From assembly GCA_965644315.1 (NCBI GenBank), contig CBFFRQ010000092.1, positions 62,001-126,000 on the forward strand: a stretch of DNA of 64,000 bases. Reading direction: 5' to 3'. Under the pieces are notes generated by a model, which saw only the letters and a list, made by a program, of their open reading frames with translations, did no database searches and was not told the DNA's origin. The translations under genes were made by a program, and so were the position numbers. Below, piece after piece: positions 57,101 to 64,000 of the stretch; the stretch's first letter is position 1; every line of letters starts with the position of its first letter. This DNA is from Caecitellus pseudoparvulus (taxonomy: Eukaryota; Protista; Bigyra: Bicosoecida).

Positions 57101-58415
57101 CGTACGTTGGGATGACGCTCTGCACCGTGCCCAGGCTGAGTGCGGGAGCAGGCCCGCCCAGGGCAGCCACCAACAGATTCGCTGCGTCCTGAGCAGACTG
57201 CCCAGTGCCAGCAAGCGCTTGGGCCAGGGACAGGGTGTCGGCAGAGGAGACGCCCTCCGCCTCCTCCTCAGACTCCTCGCCACCCTTGCCGGTGATGGAG
57301 ACCCAGGAGACGGGGTCCAGGACGTGCAGGGGCACGAAATGCTTGTACCCAGGGGGAGGTGACTCCGCCAAGCCCCACGTCAAGGGTTCCAGGTCTATGA
57401 CGCTGGTGCCGCTGGAGAACTTCACCTTGGCGGTGGCGCCGCTGATGCTCTTGATCGTGCCGCGCTGCCAGTACTTCTTGGCGTGCCCTGGGCGGGCCAT
57501 CTCCTGCGACGTCCCGGAGGGCAGCCACGCGCAGCCGGCGAGGTCGCTGGGAGAGCCACTGTGACCCCACTTGATCAGGTCATGACCGCGCTCGTCACTT
57601 GGGCAGTTGTTGCCTGAATGGTTGCCGTAGCGCCGGCCACAGACGGAGCAGATCTCGTCCATGTTGCTGGGGGCCGACGGGTACAGCGTCTTGGCCTTCT
57701 GCGTGAAGCGAGACCACACCGTCGCACCCACCAGCTTCTTGGAGCCTGCTGACACCAATTTGCGGAGCGCGGCCGCCTTCTTCTTGTCGGGGCGCCCGAA
57801 GAGGTCGGTGCGGTTGGAGGCAGGGAAGAGGGTGATGGGTTCACCAGGACAGTTGTCCTTGTCCACAACCTTGATGAAGCCGTCCGGGCCGCCGCCTGAC
57901 GCGTGGATGCTGCGAAGCACGCGGAGGTGAGGGGATTGCCACCACGCCAAGCTCAGGCACACGCGCGGGGGGAAGCGGCGAGAGGCACCGCCAGCTGGCA
58001 GCCTGCGGCAGGAGCACGTACCACATGGCAGGCAGGGGGACATGGAAAAACCTGGGCAGTGGGCGAGGAAGGTGGGCAGGTACCGTGCAGGGAGCGACCC
58101 GGTTCCGCATGCCAGGGTTGACGCCGCTCACTTCATGCCGTCGTGCGTGATGACCTTGTCCACGCGCACATTGCCACCCCTGCGTGGGCAGAAGCAAGCT
58201 CAAGGGAGTCGTGCAGGAGTCGTTTAGGTAAGGGCAGGGGCAGCTGCGGCGCACATGTCTTGTTGGTAGCCTCCCCTGCCAGAATGGCTGTGGGGCGCGC
58301 TGGACGATCCCTTGTGCAGGTGGGATTGGGAGACGCGCACGATGAAGAAACGCGTGTCCAGCTCGCTGGCTGAAGTGGGCTGCTTCTTAGGCAGGGCCAG
58401 CTTCTTCCGAGGCAT
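45144..58415 (-). CDS. Giant (~4300 aa) cullin-RBR fusion E3 ubiquitin ligase: SH3(HERC2/KEG-like), SPRY, SH3, cullin CTD/WHB, UBA-like, RING1, partial IBR, RING2, helical region, neuralized domain
   Basis: 12.9-kb open frame 45144-58043 plus probable 5' exons 58415-58255 and 58179-58132 (the next acceptor is ambiguous). Motifs are listed in the findings. Confidence 0.88.
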
Positions 58416-58877
58416 GGTGGAAAGGGCGTGAAAGCGGCGAGAGACTGGCGGGGGAATGGGCCACCACGCCAATCAGCGTGGGGTTGGTGTCCTGAGTCGC
58501 ACGAGCAGCTGCTGCCACAACTACACGCACAGCGTCAGGAAAGGCAAGTGGTGCTGAGGATGGTGTGGGCACAAGATGTGTGGCACCTGCGGCTGTGCTC
58601 GGCGTTCGTCGGAGCGTGCGGTGCTTGTCAGCTGTGGCGTGAGGGGGCGTCTGCCTCGTCCCGGCGAGATCGCTGGCCCGCGGCACACAGCTCAGTACAT
58701 ATACCAACACCGTCAGAACACCATCTGCTCAAGTCCCAGTGCTGCTCATTCAGTGCCTTCCAGCAGGCTTCCACCTACCTTCGACACAGGTTCGTGAAGC
58801 GTGCGAAGCTGTGCGATGCAGTGCCGGCCGTTGGCACGCGTCATGCAGCCGCACACAGCCTTCGGCTGATGCTCCAT

Positions 58878-59215
58878 CGCAGAATCGCCACCATGATCTA
58901 CCTCGTCACGTCTCAGCTGTACGTGCAGTTCCTGCGCGCAAGCAGCAAGGGGTACGTCTTCGAAGAGTTTCAGCGTGAAACGCAGGCTGCCGCACACGTC
59001 CGCCCCCCTCCCCCCGTCGACTCAGCCGCATCTCCTCCAAGGAGTTCGCGGAGATGCAGTTCGCAGCTGGCTCCCTGTCAGCGTGAGCGGCCAGCGTGCA
59101 GGAGGAGGGCGCGCTGGCCGGTTGCTAAAGGAAGGGTGGCGTGCATGTTCTGTGGTTGCTGTCTGGCCACTCGCAATGCATTCCCACACGCCCTCGCGTG
59201 TCAGTGCTGGCCACT
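58878..59215 (+). CDS. Possible small gene or terminal exon (IATMIYLVTSQLYVQFLRASSKGYVFEEFQRE); boundaries unresolved
   Basis: Strong GC-ending codon bias at 58893-59000 after a candidate acceptor ccatcgcag; no confident gene model. Confidence 0.25.
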
Positions 59216-62200
59216 CACCGATGCACGCCAAACACCATGCCTGTGCGCGCCGAAAAGGCGTTGCCCTGACCACCCCACGCTGACCGGCTCTCGCCTGTGC
59301 GCTGTGTCGCTGGGTACCGTCCATACGGATCACGAGCCGAGTGCACGCGAATGCCAGGCACATGCCCTGCTGCGCCACTGCGTCCACCAGGGCCAGCGGA
59401 AGCGACACGGGCCCCTCGCACACCCGCCACGGCTGCTGCATGGGCCTCTGCCCACGCTGTGGCTCGTGGCGACACGGACCGCACACCAGACACAGTGGCG
59501 TGTGCGGGGTGTGCGGAGGCGGGGCGTGCAGACCGCGCCGCCTGTGCCTCCCGCATACGAGCCAGGGCCAGAGGCGGCACGACAACGCCGCCCACGGCGC
59601 CAGCAGGCGTGCCGCCTGTCCCTGCGCCGCCGAAGCCGTACGCTGTGCCGCTAGGTGCCACCCCCCGATGGGTGCCTGCGAAGTACCTGCCTCGGATGGG
59701 GGGTGCAGTGTGGGAGGCAGGGGTGTTGCCAGAGGAGGTGGCACCTGGCTTGAGGCTCCAGACCTGGGTGCGCCGACCACGGTTGGGCGCCGCAGCAATG
59801 CGCGCTGAGGCAGCAGCAGTGGGGGGAGCTGCCACAGTGCTGGCCTTGGCGGTGGGCGGGTGGGAGGTGGGGTCCACACTGCCTGGTGCAGGCTTGCGCT
59901 GGTACGAGTACAGTGGCGCTGTCGGCGCGGCAGCGGCTGAGCCTGGGCGTGGTGACTTGGACCTGAAGCGGCGGGGGGCGGTGCTGGGGCGCACACCCCC
60001 ACCCTGGCCATACCCGCTGCTCTGTACGTGGTCGTAATTCGCGCGGGGACCAGGTGCCTCACGGCCTGCGTACACCGCCGCCGCCGCCTGGCGCCGACTG
60101 GCGGACCGGGCAGATGATGGGCGCCCGCCGCCACTGCCTGAGCTGCCACTGCCCAGTGTGGAGTAGGGGCCAGCTGTGGCGGAGGGGGGTCGGGAGCGAC
60201 CTCGCCGCGCACTGCCAGGTCGGCGTGAAGAGGTGGACCGACGCGCTTTGCGAGAGGCAGAGGCTGGGCGGCTGCGGCGGGCACTGGTGGGGCGGGGGCT
60301 GCGGCTGCGTGTGGTGGCACTGGTGCCGGTACTGATGGAGTCCTTGTCGTCACCCCCCCCTCCGTCGGGGTCCGAGGGGGCGTGGCGCCCCCGCCCAGCA
60401 CCCCCCTCCTCTCGCTCGCCCGCGGAGGCGACAGGCAGGTCTGGGACAGGGGCAGGGGCTGTCTCAGGCACAGGAGAGGGAACGGAGGGCGTGGCAGCGG
60501 CTGGTGCGGGGGCTGCCTCCTCCACCACCGCCTCCTCAGCGGCACTGGTTGGGCGGGGGCTGGTGGAGCGGGGACGAGGGGAGGTTCGTCCCTCGCCGGC
60601 GGAGCGCATGGAGGCCATGCGCACCGACACGGCCTCTGCCGCCAGCTCCGCGCCAGTTTTCGGGGGTGCTTCCCGCTGTGCGTTGCGGGGGTGTGACTCG
60701 ATCTGCATGCCCGTCGACACACGCGACACGCCGAAGCCAGGCGCATCACCCTCCGCCGCCTCCTCAGGCGTCGCAGGCAGCTGCTCCACAGGCGAATCCA
60801 GGTCCACCACGTGCACTGGCCCGGCTCCACCCCGTGCCACAGCCAGCATGTCAGCTGCGCCACGGGCTGTGCCTGGGCGATCGCGCCCCCCTCCCAGGCC
60901 GCCGTCACCCGGCCCACGCCGTGTGACGGGGCGTGCCGAGGCGGCAGCTGCTGTGGTCGACGGAGGCGACTGCCCCCCTTGCTCCCTGGACGCTGCCGCC
61001 GCACGGGCCTGCTGTGTGCTGTACGCGGACCCCGTGCCGCCGCTGGTGCGGCCCAGGCGCTCGCCAGTGCTGGAGGGAGATGCCTCGCTGTCAGCTCCTG
61101 TGGCGGTGTGTGTGGTGATGGGATCAGGGGAGGTGGGCGCGTCCGTGCTATCCCTCGCGGCCGCTGTGGCAGTAGACGTGGCGGCTTCCTTGGCAGCGGC
61201 GGCGGCTGCCGCCTCCCTGGCTGTACGCAAGGCTCCCAGGGCTGTGGCGGGACGACGGGGGGCGACGCTGGAGCTGCGTGTGGTGGTCTTGTCGCCGCCA
61301 CTGCTGTGGTCACGCTGGGCGGGGCCGGATGCTGGGCGGGAGGGGCGGGCAGAGGAGGCCCGTGTGGGCTTGGCTGCCTCAGGCGCCGTGGCTGAAGCAG
61401 GTTCCTCCCCGCTCAGCTCCTGGTCCGACGCAGGGTGGTGCAGCGTGGAGGCGGGGCGGGTGGAGGCCAGGGAGTCTGTGCCCGAGGTGCCACTGGCACG
61501 AGTGGAGGGCAGGGCGCTGGCTGGGCGTGCAGGGCGCGTGGTGCGTGGTGTGTCGTCTGAGGGGGGTGCAGCGGAGGCGGGGCGCTGTGCGGGCGTGGGG
61601 GTGGCGTCCGGTGTGGCAGAGAAGGGGCGGGTGGAGGTGAAGGCGGGGACAGGGGCGGAGCCCAGCTCCCCCTTGGCCTCCATGCGCAGGGCCACGAGGT
61701 AGTAGGTGGTGGTGGCGTGGTTGTGGCTGGCCCGCTCCACGCTCTGCCGCAGTGTGCCCAGGTCGATGCCTAGGTCCGTCACCCGGCGCACGACACGGTC
61801 GTCCAGCTGGTCCAGGGAGGCGGGGAAGGGCGTCACGCCAGGGGGGATGGTGGATACTTGCGAGTACCAGGCGTGGCGTCGGATGTCGCCGGCTGTGAAG
61901 CGGGCTTTGGGGTCCGTGTTCAGCATGCGGCTGATGAGGTCCTTGCACGGCGCTGAGAGCCAGGTGGGGAACGTGTACCGCGCGTGCAGGATCTTGTCGT
62001 ACAGGGCGGAGGTGTTGGCGTCTTCAAAGGGCAGGTACCCCGCCACCATGGCGAACAGGACGACGCCCAGGCTCCACCAGTCCGACCGCGTGCCGTCGTA
62101 CCGATAGCCCTTGATCATTTCCGGGGCGGCGTAGCACGGCGAGCCACACGCCGTCTTCAGCACCTTGCCGGGGTCCTGGATGTTGGACAGCCCGAAGTCG

Positions 62201-63182
62201 ATGACCTTGATGCGGTACCGCCCATCCTTCGTCCGGCGCATGAGCAGGTTCTCGGGCTTCAAGTCTCGGTGGATGACGCCGACGGAGTGCAGGTAGTCCA
62301 CGCCGTCCACGATGTCGTGGAACAACCGACATGCGTCCGCCTCTCGCAGACGGCGTTTGCGCACAATGTACTTGAACAGCTGCGGGGGGGGGGGGACGGC
62401 GCGAGGGGGGTGCAGGGGGGGCACGCGGCTGCAGGAAACGCTTGGCGCCGTCGCGGGCGACCCGCCCATCGCCCCACCCTTGTCGGGGCGTCCTGACACA
62501 CACAGCGCACCAGCGCTGCTGAGTGACACGTCACAACGCACCTCTCCGCCATCTGTCAGTTCCATGACCAGGAAGATCTGCGGAAGGCGTCACGGGCGGC
62601 GGGGAGTGCCTGCACGCTGCCAACGCAAGTGGCAGAGGCACGGCCCGTTCGCACCTGTTTGGGGGCGTCGATGACCTCGAACAGCTGAATGACGTTGTCG
62701 TGCCGCACTCGCTTGAGGATCTTGATCTCCCTGGAGACCCGCTTCACGTCAGCAATCTGCAGAGGCAGCGGGGAGCAGCGGGCTGTGTCGGGGCGGCCAA
62801 CTGCACTGCGGCAGGCAGCGGCACTAGCCTCTCTGATTTTGTCCTTCTCCAGGATCTTCACGGCCACCTGCTCGTTCGTCAGGACGTGTGTGGCGATCTT
62901 CACCTTCCCGAACGTCCCCTGCCCCAGCGTGCTGCCCAGGACGTAGCTAGACAGCGGCCCAGACCGCTGCCGGCTTGGCGTTGTGCCGGCTGAGGCGCTG
63001 GCTGGCGCCGTGCTGGACGTGCCGCCTGTCGCGCCGCTGCTGACAGCGCCTGCTCGGGGAGTGCTGGAGCGCCCCCCGTACACAGCACTGGCTCGCATGG
63101 CAGAGGTGGGCCTGTGCCGTGCGCTGGCGGGGCGGCTGTGGCCCGCGGCGCTGCCTGGCCGGCTCGCGTACGTGCTCGACAT
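59215..63182 (-). CDS. SNF1/AMPK-related (CAMK group) Ser/Thr kinase with UBA domain and long Ser/Arg/Pro-rich tail
   Basis: LGQGTFGKVK, VAVKILEK, HRDLKPEN, DFGLSN, LKTACGSPCYAAPE, UBA-like HNHATTTYYLV. Introns 62757-62828 (GC-AG), 62578-62654, 62380-62541. The 3' end may be extended by a further intron (CG|GTGAGT at ~59218). Confidence 0.92.
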
Positions 63183-63343
63183 GCCGGGGTGGTCAGGGAC
63201 CGGTCATGAATTGGGCAGTGTGCTGCACAGCGCTCACCTGTAGGACATGCGTGCACGGGGCAAGGCTGCGCTTGCCACTGCTCTCCCGCTGCACTTGGGT
63301 GGCGGTTTTGATTTGTGCTGCGCTGCGCGATGTGGCGGCACCC

Positions 63344-63957
63344 TCACTCCTCCGCCGACTCCAACTGCTCCGCCTTGGACTGCAGCGGCGCCAGCAGCTC
63401 TTGCAGCTGCGGCACAGCATCCAACATGAGTCCGACATTGGCGTCTTCCTCCCCCACCAGGCACAGGATGACGGGGTACAGCGCTGCCTGCACCACCGCC
63501 ATGCCGTCCAGAAACGTCACGACGCTGCGGGCCTTGCCGAACTGCAACTTCTCAGCCTGGGTCGCACAAGGCAGGGGCAAGCGTGCAGGCGGGCGCGCCC
63601 GGCACAGGTCTGGCAGCACCTCGCACCTTGCTGGCACACAGCGCAAACACCGACGCCATCAGCGTCTCCACACCCTCCATCTCAGTCTTGGGCGCGTCCT
63701 TCGTCGTGACTGCAGGGCGGGCAGGGAGGGAAATGTGTGGACATGCAGCTCCTGGGCTGGTCACTGCGCCCTCTGTGCCGCACCTTTCAAGACAGACAGT
63801 CCGTACGGGTTGGACACTGCGATGCCCAGCAAGCCAGGCGTGCTGCGCAGGGGGGGCGTGGGGTGGCGCATGCAGGTGCGTGGCGCAGGCCTGGTGAGGG
63901 ACAAGGGACAACGCACCGCTCCATGACTTGTGCGAGGCTGGAAGTGATGGTCTTGTC
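63344..63957 (-). CDS. LAMTOR3: Ragulator subunit LAMTOR3 (MP1); first exon lies beyond the window
   Basis: Spliced: DKTITSSLAQVMER|TPGLLGIAVSNPYGLSVLK|VTTKDAP..ASVFALCASK|AEKLQFGKARSVVTF..VVQAALYPVILCLVGEEDANVGLM, matching the MP1 roadblock pattern. Confidence 0.85.
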
Positions 63958-64000
63958 CTGTGCTTTGGGGAGAGGGCGGCGTGGTGCAGGGCCTTGGCCA

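Noticed and set aside
58878-58950. RGS-domain-like tail in MIYLVTSQLYVQFLRAS
   Set aside because: The match is too short and no upstream RGS helices could be assembled.
1-64000. Autonomous transposon, virophage/Polinton, Fanzor, tRNA or rRNA genes
   Set aside because: No transposase, reverse transcriptase, integrase, capsid or RuvC motifs, no AT-rich viral-type insert, and no tRNA or rRNA signatures were seen.

Overview
Gene-dense, GC-rich eukaryotic nuclear DNA with short (mostly 64-130 nt) GT-AG introns (donors GTGCGT/GTGAGT/GTACG) clustered at gene 5' ends. CFAP298 indicates a flagellated organism; the overall style suggests a heterotrophic protist such as a bicosoecid-like stramenopile (inference only). 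In order: 3' part of a Gly/Pro/RGG-rich gene, PRPS, an RRM protein, MCM2, proteasome beta type-2, a ~5270-aa VPS13 with a DysF insert, an accessory stretch (pseudokinase-like/38-aa-ankyrin gene, 5'-truncated UTP20 pseudogene, ~270-nt hairpin-rich element), CFAP298, VIT1, a METTL21-type methyltransferase, NRAMP, a Cys-type thioredoxin reductase, a TPR/ankyrin-like protein, RIC8, a recent tandem duplication of an ankyrin gene, a ~4300-aa E3 ligase, a SNF1/AMPK-related kinase and part of LAMTOR3. The strongest candidate for a new system is the giant E3, which fuses a cullin C-terminal module (neddylation Lys intact) to an Ariadne-type RBR module, as in animal CUL9/PARC, plus HERC2/KEG-type SH3 repeats, SPRY and a neuralized domain. 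All exon models and domain calls were read by eye, without database searches.
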